64,000 nucleotides of DNA, taken from the NCBI GenBank assembly GCA_965217775.1, contig CBDCJH010000002.1:6144001-6208000 (forward strand), given 5' to 3'. The translations under genes were made by a program, and so were the position numbers. The stretch is from Acidobacteriota bacterium. GTDB taxonomy: Bacteria; Acidobacteriota; UBA6911; RPQK01; JAJDTT01. The notes under the pieces are model-generated. The model was not told the DNA's origin. It ran no database searches and saw only the letters and a program-made list of their open reading frames with translations. Of the stretch, positions 20,275-28,763 are shown piece by piece (the first letter of the stretch is position 1; each line of letters starts with the position of its first letter).

Positions 20275-21900
20275 ATGTCATCGAGCTTGAGATGGAGCGG
20301 CGGTCCAGTGGCATTGCTGGTTCTTCTGGGCCTGTTGGCCGGCGGCTTCCGGCCCGGGTTGCCGGAAGAGGAGGATCAACGGTCGAAGCAGGCGCAGGAA
20401 GAGCAGGATTACTTCAAGAAGTGGCTCAGCGAAGACGTGGTCTACATCATCACGAAAGAAGAACGGTCCGTCTTCGAGAAGCTCAACACGCCTGAAGAGA
20501 AGGAGCGGTTCATCGAGCAGTTCTGGGTCCGCCGCGATCCCTCCCCGGGGACCTCCTACAACGACTTCAAGGAAGAGCACTACCGGCGGATCAAGTACTC
20601 CAACGAGCGCTACGCCGCGGGCTTCCCGGGCTGGATGTCGGATCGGGGGAAGATCTACATCAAGTTCGGTCCTCCCGACGAGATCCGAAGCAACCCCAGC
20701 GGTGGGATCCACACTCGGGAATTCTACGAGGGAGGCGGCACGGCGGTCACCTTTCCCTTCGAGATCTGGTGGTACCGGTATATCGAGGGGATGGGGCAGG
20801 ACATCGAGATGGAATTCGTGGACCGTCTCAACAGCGGCGAGTTCCGGCTGGCCATGGACCAGTGGGAAAAAGAGGTCGGATTCGAGATGGGGATCGGACC
20901 CACCACCTTCGAGCAACTGGGACTGGTGAGCCGGGCGGAAATGAACCGGGCGCGTTTCCTGGGCAACCCGGGCAACCCCTACATCCACAGCACGCGCATC
21001 CAGGACCAGCCTCTGGAACGGCTGAGCCGTTACAGTCAACTCATGAAACCGCCCGTGATCCGGTTCGACGACCTGAGGACGGTGGTGGAGACCCGGGTCC
21101 GGTTCCAACAGATCCCGGTTTCCCTGGTGGCTCACATCACACCTGTTCACGAGAGCCTGAGCTTGGCGTTGGTGACGGCCAAGATCCAGGTCAGCCCGGA
21201 AAACTACGTCCGGATCGGAGAGGTCTGGCGTGCCGAAACCCATATCTACGGCCGGATGACCGACCTCACCGGAAAGGTCGTCTACGAGTTCGATGACGAC
21301 GTGGTCAGCACCCTTGGCACCGCGCCGTCCGGTCTCGGAACTGCCCAACGCCTGTATCAGAGGAAGATTCCCGTCAAGCGGGGACGGTTCAAGCTCCAGT
21401 TCGTAGTGCGGGAGGTGAAGTCGGAGAAGACCGGAACCTTGGACACCGTGGTCGTGGTGCCGGGTCCGTCGGAGAAGCTCCGGGGCACCCTGGTGCTGGC
21501 GGACCGGGCCGCCCCGGTCCGGCCGGGAGAGTCCCTGGTCGACCCCTTCGTGGTCACCGAGGACCTGAAGGTGTATCCCAGCATCGATGGAATGTTCGCC
21601 CCCTCGGATCGGCTGGGCGTCTACCTGGAGGTTCACAATCTGGCCCAGGACATGGCGACCCAGACGGCGGACGTGAAATTCCGCTACAGCGTGGTCTCCA
21701 AGGATGGAACGCCCGTCGCCGATCTGGACAAGGAGCTGGAGCCGAGGCAGGTCGAGAACAACTCGGTGGTCAACGCCTTCTTCGCCTTTCCCCTTCAGAG
21801 GTTGGCGGCCGGTGAGTACTCGTTCCAGATGGAGGTGACGGATCTGATCTCGGAAAACCGCCTGCTGCTCAAGGACAACTTCAGCATCGAAGCCAACTGA
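20275..21900 (+). CDS. GWxTD domain-containing protein
   Basis: KWLSEDVVYIIT, FIEQFW.RRDP, EEHYRRI.Y, GWMSDRGKIYIKFGPPD. Confidence 0.92.
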   Translation: MSSSLRWSGGPVALLVLLGLLAGGFRPGLPEEEDQRSKQAQEEQDYFKKWLSEDVVYIITKEERSVFEKLNTPEEKERFIEQFWVRRDPSPGTSYNDFKEEHYRRIKYSNERYAAGFPGWMSDRGKIYIKFGPPDEIRSNPSGGIHTREFYEGGGTAVTFPFEIWWYRYIEGMGQDIEMEFVDRLNSGEFRLAMDQWEKEVGFEMGIGPTTFEQLGLVSRAEMNRARFLGNPGNPYIHSTRIQDQPLERLSRYSQLMKPPVIRFDDLRTVVETRVRFQQIPVSLVAHITPVHESLSLALVTAKIQVSPENYVRIGEVWRAETHIYGRMTDLTGKVVYEFDDDVVSTLGTAPSGLGTAQRLYQRKIPVKRGRFKLQFVVREVKSEKTGTLDTVVVVPGPSEKLRGTLVLADRAAPVRPGESLVDPFVVTEDLKVYPSIDGMFAPSDRLGVYLEVHNLAQDMATQTADVKFRYSVVSKDGTPVADLDKELEPRQVENNSVVNAFFAFPLQRLAAGEYSFQMEVTDLISENRLLLKDNFSIEAN

Positions 21901-21930
21901 CCGGGCGGTAGACTGCCCCCTGGCTTGAGC

Positions 21931-23826
21931 ATGCTCTCGTTCATCAACAGTCTGCCGGATCGGATCTCCGGAACCCGAGCGTGGGCGCTGACGCTGCTGC
22001 TCGCGAGCTTGGCCTTCCTGGCGGCGCTGGAGTCGTGGTCCAGGCTCTCAGCCGCTCAGGGTCGTCCCGCCGCTCCTTCGGGAATCATTCTGATCACGGT
22101 GGACACGCTTCGGGCCGACCGGCTCGAAGCCTACGGCTATGCCGGGACGCCGAATCCGGCGGTCAACGCCCTGGCGGAGGACGGCGTTCTGTTCGAGCAG
22201 GTCATCGCCCAGTCACCGCTCACGCTCCCTTCCCACTGCTCCATACTGACCGGCACCTTTCCCTACCACACGGGAGTTCGGGACCAGGCCGGGTTCAGCC
22301 TGAAGCCGGAGCATCTGACGCTGGCCGAGCGGCTCCGGTCCCAAGGGTATCGGACGGCGGCCTTCATCGGCTCCTCCGTCCTCAACGCCGGGACGGGGCT
22401 GGATCAGGGGTTCGATCTCTACTGGGATCTTCCCGAACAGGGTCCTCCCGAGCGGCGGGGCGGGGAAGTGATGAACCGGGCGCTGGAGTGGATGTCTTCC
22501 CAGGGAGACGGCAAGTTCTTCACCTGGATTCACCTTTTCGATCCCCATTCCCCCTATGGTGCTCCCGAGCCCTTCGGGGGCCGTTACCGGGCCCGCCCCT
22601 ACGATGGCGAGGTGGCCTACGTCGACTCGCTGACCGGCGACCTGGTCCGGCATCTGAAACGGCTTCGGCTCTACGATCGGACGCTTCTCGTCTTCACCAG
22701 CGATCACGGAGAGAGTCTGGGAGAGCACGGCGAGTCGAGTCACGGCATGTTCCTCTACGACGCCACCGTGCGGATTCCGCTCATCCTCAAAGCCGCCGCC
22801 TCGACCTGGAAGGGAAAGGTGATCCGGGAACAGGTGAGGGGCGTGGATATCGCCCCGACCATCCTCCAACTGGCCGGTCTGCGGGTGGATGACCGGATTC
22901 AGGGGAGGGGTCTCCTCTCCCTGATCCGCGGTCGTTGGAACCAGCCGGAGCTGGCCGCCTACAGCGAGACCTACTATCCGTACTACCACTTCCAGTGGAG
23001 TCCGCTCTTCTCCATGCGGGCTCGCGGCTTCAAGTACATCGACGCGCCCCAGCCGGAGCTCTACGAGCTGGCAAGCGACGCGGGAGAGCGGCGGAACATC
23101 ATCGGGGAACGGCCCTCCATGGCGGCGTATCTGAAGGAGACGCTGGAAGGGGAGTACCAGAAGTTCTCCGCCGGCCGCGACGAGCCTCCCCAGCCGGAGC
23201 AGATGGACCGGGCCACCATCGAGCGGCTCAAGAGCCTGGGCTACCTGGGTTTCGCCTCAGGCACCGCCAAGCTCCCGTCCACCGAGGGACTGGCGGACCC
23301 CAAGGACCGGATCGGGCTCTACGAACTGCTGCAGCAGGCGTTCCAGGACTCGGAGGAGGGACGCCTCATCGAATCCAACAGCAAGTTGAGAAAGGTGGTG
23401 GCTCAGGAAGAGGGTCTGATCGACGCCCACCTCTACCTGGGTCTGAACTCGGTGCGGATGGGGCAGTTCAGCGATGCCGTCGAGGCCTTCCAGGCCGTGC
23501 TCCGCCGCGACCCTGGCAACCTGATGGCCCTCTACAACCTCTCCCTCTCCTACCTCAATCAAGGCCGTCCCGAGGCGGCCGTGCCCGGTCTGGAACGAAC
23601 CCTTCAACTGGACCCGGAAGACGTGACGGCCCGGGTCGCCCTGGGAAGGGCCTACCAGTTGATCGGCAGACTGGATGACGCCGTCGATGCTTTGGAAAAG
23701 GCCGTCGCCGCCCGTCCGGATTTTGCCGATGCCCTCGACTTTCTGAGCCAGGCCTATGCCCGGAAAGGATGGACCGCCAAAGCCGAAGCGGCCCGCCGGC
23801 GCGCCGACTCGGCGCGAAAACGCTGA
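21931..23826 (+). CDS. Sulfatase-like (alkaline phosphatase superfamily) protein with C-terminal TPRs
   Basis: ITVDTLRAD, PLTLPSH, HLFDPH.PY, YDGEVAYVD, SDHGESLGEHGE, LKSLGY, TPRs. Confidence 0.88.
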   Translation: MLSFINSLPDRISGTRAWALTLLLASLAFLAALESWSRLSAAQGRPAAPSGIILITVDTLRADRLEAYGYAGTPNPAVNALAEDGVLFEQVIAQSPLTLPSHCSILTGTFPYHTGVRDQAGFSLKPEHLTLAERLRSQGYRTAAFIGSSVLNAGTGLDQGFDLYWDLPEQGPPERRGGEVMNRALEWMSSQGDGKFFTWIHLFDPHSPYGAPEPFGGRYRARPYDGEVAYVDSLTGDLVRHLKRLRLYDRTLLVFTSDHGESLGEHGESSHGMFLYDATVRIPLILKAAASTWKGKVIREQVRGVDIAPTILQLAGLRVDDRIQGRGLLSLIRGRWNQPELAAYSETYYPYYHFQWSPLFSMRARGFKYIDAPQPELYELASDAGERRNIIGERPSMAAYLKETLEGEYQKFSAGRDEPPQPEQMDRATIERLKSLGYLGFASGTAKLPSTEGLADPKDRIGLYELLQQAFQDSEEGRLIESNSKLRKVVAQEEGLIDAHLYLGLNSVRMGQFSDAVEAFQAVLRRDPGNLMALYNLSLSYLNQGRPEAAVPGLERTLQLDPEDVTARVALGRAYQLIGRLDDAVDALEKAVAARPDFADALDFLSQAYARKGWTAKAEAARRRADSARKR

Positions 23827-23882
23827 GCCCTTCCACCAGGGTTTTCGCGAACTGATTTTCTCTCAATCCTCATCTCCCGTTC

Positions 23883-23911
23883 TTGACCGGCAACCCTCCG
23901 GCGGCTACGCT
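23883..23911 (+). promoter_or_regulatory. Putative sigma70 promoter of mdh
   Basis: TTGACC-17 bp-TACGCT, upstream of AAGGAGG SD and ATG 23987. Confidence 0.5.
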
Positions 23912-23986
23912 TTGCGCGTTGAAAACGAGGCCGCGGCCGATCCGTCCGCGAGCTTTCACCCGGTTCATAAGGAGGTTAGGAATCGA

Positions 23987-25000
23987 ATGTATCTGACCAA
24001 CGAGAAAGTCGCCGTTCTGGGCGCCGCCGGCGCCATCGGCTCCAACCTGGTGCAGTCGCTGCTTCAGACCGGAACCGCCAATCGGATCTCCATGTACGAC
24101 CCGTTGGAAGGTCCGCTCAAGGGGTCGGCCGATGAGATCTATCACTGTTCGTTTCCGGGAGCCCAAGTGACCTGGACCGTGGACGAGGCGGAGGCCCTCG
24201 CGGACGCCGCCTACATCATCACCGCGGGAGGCGCTCCTCGCCGTGCTGGCATGACCCGGGAGGACCTGCGCAAGGACAACTGCAAGATCGCCCGGAACCT
24301 GGGCCAACAGATCAAGCGGCACTGTCCGGCCTGCAAGCTGGCCGTCGTCATCTTCAATCCCGCCGACATCACGGGCCTCACCACCCTGGTCCACTCGGGC
24401 CTGCCGGGGTCGGCGGTCTCGACCCTGGCCGCGTTGGACAGCACCCGGCTCCAGAGTGCGCTGGCCCAACATTTCTCCGTCGCCCAGGATCAGGTGACCG
24501 GTTGCGCCACCTACGGGGGGCACGGCGAGCAGATGGCCGTCTTCAAGGGCAGCATCGCCGTCGCCGGGACGCCCCTTGGCGAGATTCTCGATGGCGCCAC
24601 CGTCGAGGGCCAGGGCCTGACGCTGAGCCAATGGGCCGATCTACAGCAGCAGGTCCGGGGGGGCGGCGCGGCCATCATCAAGCTGCGAGGGCGTTCTTCC
24701 TTCCAGTCCCCGGCTCACCTGAGCACTTCCATGCTCCGGGGCCGCATCGGAGCCGACGAATTTCCCTGGCCCTGCGGCACCTACGTCAACCGGGGCGAGT
24801 TCCGCCACATCATGATGGCCATGGACACGCGCTTCGGACCCGACGGCCTCGAGTACTCGATGCCCGAAGGAGACGCCGAGGACATGGCCGCGCTCCGGAA
24901 CTCCTACCGGCACCTGACGAACCTCCGGGACCAGACCATCGCCGACGGACTTCTGCCGCCGTTGGACGAGTGGAAGGACGTGAATCCGAACCTGGTGTGA
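23987..25000 (+). CDS. mdh: Malate dehydrogenase
   Basis: GAAGAIG, GAPRRAGMTREDL (Arg in substrate loop), NPAD, LDSTR, YGGHGE, GGAAIIKLRGRSS. Confidence 0.9.
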   Translation: MYLTNEKVAVLGAAGAIGSNLVQSLLQTGTANRISMYDPLEGPLKGSADEIYHCSFPGAQVTWTVDEAEALADAAYIITAGGAPRRAGMTREDLRKDNCKIARNLGQQIKRHCPACKLAVVIFNPADITGLTTLVHSGLPGSAVSTLAALDSTRLQSALAQHFSVAQDQVTGCATYGGHGEQMAVFKGSIAVAGTPLGEILDGATVEGQGLTLSQWADLQQQVRGGGAAIIKLRGRSSFQSPAHLSTSMLRGRIGADEFPWPCGTYVNRGEFRHIMMAMDTRFGPDGLEYSMPEGDAEDMAALRNSYRHLTNLRDQTIADGLLPPLDEWKDVNPNLV

Positions 25001-25096
25001 AGTGTTACGGTCGCTCGATACCGGGCGATCTTGGCACCGATACCCCGTCATTGACGCTGCTCTGAGTTGGCGAAGGCGCAGCAGGCAGAGCGCGGG

Positions 25097-25315
25097 TTAA
25101 AGGTCTGAATAGGCCTTGGTGTCCGCTTCCGATCGCCATTCCTCGAAGGTGCGGAACGCGTCGTCCCTCGTGGCGCCTCGCCTCGGCTTGGTGAGGATTA
25201 CTTGTCCATCAATGATCTCGTACAACAGCTCGTCCCCGGGCTGCAACCCGAGCGCAGTGCGGATCGGAAGCGGGATGGTTGTCTGGGCCTTGGAAGTAAG
25301 CTTGCTGATGATCAT
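25097..25315 (-). CDS. AbrB/MazE/SpoVT-family antitoxin (orphan)
   Basis: SKLTSKAQTTIP..IR.ALGL.PGD; C-terminal FEEWRSEADTKAYSDL. Confidence 0.85.
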   Translation of the reverse strand: MIISKLTSKAQTTIPLPIRTALGLQPGDELLYEIIDGQVILTKPRRGATRDDAFRTFEEWRSEADTKAYSDL

Positions 25316-25472
25316 GGAACCGACCTCCGTCTGGTTTGTCGGCCTCCCCCATTGTGAGGAATTTCCTTACTTGCTGTCACCCCTCCATGACGTCACCTCT
25401 CACCGCGAACCAGACCCAGAGCGCTCTTGGTCATAGTCCTGCGGGGAGGGCCGCTGTGGAAGAATCGGAAGA

Positions 25473-25498
25473 GAGGAGAAGGGGACAGTCACGTTCTC
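25473..25498 (+). repeat. Direct repeat copy 1, GAGGAGAAGGGGACAGTCACGTTCTC
   Basis: 25/26 identical to 26339-26364; the pair brackets the Phd-VapC genes. Confidence 0.85.
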
Positions 25499-25601
25499 AA
25501 CGGCCAATTTCTGCGTACCCATGATCTGCTACAGGGGATAAATTATTGAGTTTCCTGGGCGCAATTTGAAAAAGTCGCTACCAGTTGCTACTTTGTTTCG
25601 T

Positions 25602-25895
25602 ATGAGATCGGTTGGGATAAAGATGCTCAACAGCCGTTTGAGCGAGTACATTCGCCTCGCAGCGTCGGGGGAGACGGTTCTGGTGACAGACCGTGACCGA
25701 GTCGTCGCGGAAATCGGTCCGCCTAGGCCAACCAGGAGCCCGATTCTTGCCGACGCGTTGCTGGCAGAGGCGGTACGCAAGGGCTGTTTGACCCCGCCGG
25801 CGCTGCCGTCTGTTGGTACGCCGCTGACCCCCGAACCAGTAGCGCCGCTCCGGGATCTACTTGCCGAAATGGCTGAAGACCGAAGCGAGCGATGA
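25602..25895 (+). CDS. Phd/YefM-family antitoxin
   Basis: MRSVGIKML..RLSEYIRLA..GETVLVTDRDRVVAEI. Confidence 0.88.
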   Translation: MRSVGIKMLNSRLSEYIRLAASGETVLVTDRDRVVAEIGPPRPTRSPILADALLAEAVRKGCLTPPALPSVGTPLTPEPVAPLRDLLAEMAEDRSER

Positions 25896-26287
25896 TCTAC
25901 CTCGATACCTCCGTAGTGCTTGCCCAACTGTTGGCTGAAGACCGCCGCCCACCCGTCTGGCTCTGGACCGAGACCCTCGTATCCAGCCGGTTGATGGAGT
26001 ACGAGGTATGGACCCGGCTTCACGCGCGCAATCTCGCCGATTCCCACGGTGAGGCGGCCCTTGGGCTCATTGGACGAGTTGCGTTTCTGGAACTCACTCC
26101 AGCAGTGCTGGTCCGCGCTCTGGATGCTTTTCCTGAGTCTGTTGCCGTGCGGACCCTGGATGCCCTGCATCTGGCCTCCTGCGACTATCTGCTCAGGCAG
26201 GGACAGTCGGTCGCACTTGCGAGCTATGATCGCCGGATGACCGCAATCGCCGACGCCATGAACATCCCCCTCGTGGACTTGGAATAA
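25892..26287 (+). CDS. vapC: PIN-domain VapC toxin
   Basis: IYLDTSVV, E, RTLDALHLAS, ASYDRR acidic residues intact; ATGA coupling to the antitoxin. Confidence 0.9.
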   Translation: MIYLDTSVVLAQLLAEDRRPPVWLWTETLVSSRLMEYEVWTRLHARNLADSHGEAALGLIGRVAFLELTPAVLVRALDAFPESVAVRTLDALHLASCDYLLRQGQSVALASYDRRMTAIADAMNIPLVDLE

Positions 26288-26338
26288 GCCTGAACCACCT
26301 GCGAAATCCTTGGTGGATCGCCCGCAAAGTTCCATTCG

Positions 26339-26364
26339 GAGGAGAAGGGGACAGTCACTTTCTC
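26339..26364 (+). repeat. Direct repeat copy 2, GAGGAGAAGGGGACAGTCACTTTCTC
   Basis: 25/26 identical to 25473-25498. Confidence 0.85.
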
Positions 26365-26490
26365 TACGCGACTCCAGAGCGCGCTGCCCCAACGTTTCTC
26401 GGTCGCCCACTACCAGGTGACCGGTTGCGCCACCTCCGGCGGGCACGGCGAGCAGATGGCCGTGTTCAAAGGCAGCATTGCCGTCGCCGG
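26363..26490 (+). pseudogene. 128-bp fragment of a diverged mdh allele (STRLQSAL...GGHGEQMAVFKGSIAVAG)
   Basis: Ungapped alignment to mdh 24440-24567. Confidence 0.9.
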
Positions 26491-26787
26491 TCCTGAGTGG
26501 GTCTGGTTTTCTATTTGGGATACCGGGAATGAACGAGGGTTCGGAAGTCACTCACAGATCAAGCTGCTGGGGTTGCGCGTGCCAGGTTACTCGCAGCTCA
26601 CGTCCACGGAAAGGCCGATCCGTTGTGCCCCGCTGACCGTGGCCAGTACTCCAGTGGCTCGGCCACGGGAGCCGTTCCAGTCCGTGTGAAGAAGCGGATG
26701 GCAGCGACGACCATGAGTCTCCGTCCTCCCGCCGCCAGAGAATGCCACCGGGACCCATACCGGTGTGAAAGGCGAGTTGAACCTTAA

Positions 26788-26945
26788 CAGCCCGTGGCAA
26801 AAGTCATCACGGCATTCGACCGTCCCTGCATCCCGGCGGACGGCGTTGCGATTCGGGCACATACTCCCGGTATGCACCCGAATCGCGCCTTGTCCGGCGG
26901 GCGCAGGAACGGTCTCGGTGCTCGCGGGACTTTCACCACGGACTG
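26788..26945 (+). mobile_element. 158-bp MITE, copy 1
   Basis: Imperfect TIRs CAGCCCGTGGCAAAAGTC / GACTTTCACCACGGACTG, TTAA duplicated on both sides, internal hairpin; identical inverted copy at 32260-32417. Confidence 0.9.
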
Positions 26946-27017
26946 TTAAGGTGAGTAAGGGGGCAGTTCGGACTTGGACTCGGAAACTCCCCGGGAAGAA
27001 GGCGTGAATGACCAGGT

Positions 27018-27395
27018 TCAGTGGACCCTGCCGGGTGAGAAGGCTTTCTCCTCCTCGTAACCATGGGTCAGGACGAAGAAATAAGAAGCGGCCGGACCCA
27101 CGTCCGACTCGATGACCAGCTCGAAGAGGTTCTCCTCGTTGCGCTCTCCGGCCACGGCCTGGACGTAGCGAATCTCCTCGGATTTGACGAAAAGCTCGCC
27201 CAGCAGGAGCTTTCCCCGGAGAACCTGAACCAGCAAAGTGCCGTCCGGCTCACTGGCGAAATGCCAGTGGAGGTCCTCGTCGTCGTAGAGGACGGCGTTC
27301 ATGGTCCCCGCCCTCAAGATGCAGTTGGGATGGGCGTTGAGCCATCTCCAGAAAGCGTCGAACGTCATCGTGAAAGGAGCTTCCATGGAATTCAT
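27018..27395 (-). CDS. Hypothetical protein
   Basis: Protein-like ORF (FWRWLNAHPNCILRAGT...YFFVLTHGY) with host codon bias; start uncertain (27395 or 27386). Confidence 0.8.
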   Translation of the reverse strand: MNSMEAPFTMTFDAFWRWLNAHPNCILRAGTMNAVLYDDEDLHWHFASEPDGTLLVQVLRGKLLLGELFVKSEEIRYVQAVAGERNEENLFELVIESDVGPAASYFFVLTHGYEEEKAFSPGRVH

Positions 27396-27400
27396 GTTAA

Positions 27401-27435
27401 CAGTCCGTCGCAAAAGTCGTCACGGCATTCGACCG
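27401..27435 (+). repeat. Left-end remnant of the 158-bp MITE
   Basis: 32/35 identical to 26788-26822, also preceded by TTAA. Confidence 0.8.
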
Positions 27436-27444
27436 GTTCTCCGG

Positions 27445-28689
27445 TTATCGCCGGAGCGCCGCGTCGACGCCCAGATATCCTGCCAGCAGGAAAAATAGGA
27501 GGATGGAGGCCAGCACTATCGAGGTCCAGGGCCGGTTCCTGTAGCGGCGGCCGATCCATCCGGCCTTGCCGTTCATGCGCAGCAACGCGGCTGCCAGCAT
27601 GGGGACGAAGAGCACGCCGACAATGGCGTACGTTTTCTGCATCCGGGCGAACCCGACCCACAGACCCACCATCGGAACGGTGGCCATGGCGTACATGAAC
27701 CCACGGTAGAATCTGGAGTCGCAGTCCACTCGGCGGCGCTTGACTGACCCCTTGATCCCCATCAGGGAGGTCAGGTCCGTGAACAGGTACGGAATGCTTT
27801 GCCACGCTCCCAGCAGACTGCTGAAGATGGCTCCCCACGCTCCCAACAGGAACGCCCACCCCCCCAAGGGACCCAGCGAGTCCGTAAGCCGTTCGGCCAG
27901 GCGAATCAGTAGCGTGGCGCCGCCGCCCCGGACCTCGACCTGGCTGCCGATGATCACCATGGCCAGGCCGAACAGGGCCGTCACGACGTAGGCGGCGGCC
28001 AGATCGAGGCGGCAGACTTTGAGATCCTTCGTGCCGGTGCGCCCCTCCTCCTGGATCCAGTAGCCGTAGCAGAGAATTGTGACCGTACCGCCGACGCCCC
28101 CCATGAGGGCCAGTATCCATCCCAGTCCCTGTCCGTCCGCCTGGGGAATGGCAGGCCACACCAGACCGGCGATGACGTCCCCCCAATCGGGAGCCAGCCG
28201 AACGGCGGAGATCACGACCGTACAGAACATCAGGCCGATACAGACTTTCATGACCTTTTCGAAGAGCCGGTAGCCCCCCAGGCGGACCATCAAGAGTCCG
28301 ATCAGACTCCACACGATCCCGTGGATGATCTTGCCCGTCACCGGGTCGGAATGAAGAGGCAGGAGGGCGTGGGAAGCCACACCGCAGGCGCTCATCAACG
28401 CCGCCGCCACCAGGAAGCTCCAGACCACCAGATATCCCAGGAATAGATATTGGACGGGTCGGCCCAGGTGAACCACCGCGCCTTCCAAAAGGGTCTGCCC
28501 CGTGGCCAGTTGCCAGCGCGTGATGCCCTCGCTGAGGACGAACTTGAAGAAGCTGCCGGCCAGCACGGCCCAGAGGATTGCGACCCCCAGCTCCGATCCG
28601 GCGAAACCGGCGGTGGCCAGGTCGCCCGCGCCCACGCCGGTGGCCGCCACCAGAATCCCGGGCCCCAATATGGAGAGCGGATTTCTCAT
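27445..28689 (-). CDS. Nramp-family (MntH-like) divalent cation transporter
   Basis: GPGILVAATGVGAGDL, MGGVGGT...YGYW; about 11 hydrophobic segments. Confidence 0.82.
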   Translation of the reverse strand: MRNPLSILGPGILVAATGVGAGDLATAGFAGSELGVAILWAVLAGSFFKFVLSEGITRWQLATGQTLLEGAVVHLGRPVQYLFLGYLVVWSFLVAAALMSACGVASHALLPLHSDPVTGKIIHGIVWSLIGLLMVRLGGYRLFEKVMKVCIGLMFCTVVISAVRLAPDWGDVIAGLVWPAIPQADGQGLGWILALMGGVGGTVTILCYGYWIQEEGRTGTKDLKVCRLDLAAAYVVTALFGLAMVIIGSQVEVRGGGATLLIRLAERLTDSLGPLGGWAFLLGAWGAIFSSLLGAWQSIPYLFTDLTSLMGIKGSVKRRRVDCDSRFYRGFMYAMATVPMVGLWVGFARMQKTYAIVGVLFVPMLAAALLRMNGKAGWIGRRYRNRPWTSIVLASILLFFLLAGYLGVDAALRR

Positions 28690-28763
28690 CTTGTGTCTCG
28701 CGGCAGTCTGCTACAGTGAACGGCCGTTCATCGGATTTCCAGCTAATCTGTAAGGGGTTGAAT

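Noticed and set aside
25473-26364. Integron cassette (attC) interpretation of the TA unit
   Set aside because: The boundaries are direct repeats without the RYYYAAC...GTTRRRY palindromic structure, and there is no integron integrase in the window
24440-26490. mdh segment and its copy as a DGR variable/template repeat pair
   Set aside because: Mismatches are not adenine-specific and there is no reverse transcriptase in the window
26500-26780. Possible decayed HigB-like toxin (TVSGAQRI...VDV) on the minus strand
   Set aside because: Similarity is limited to a few residues and cannot be supported without a search
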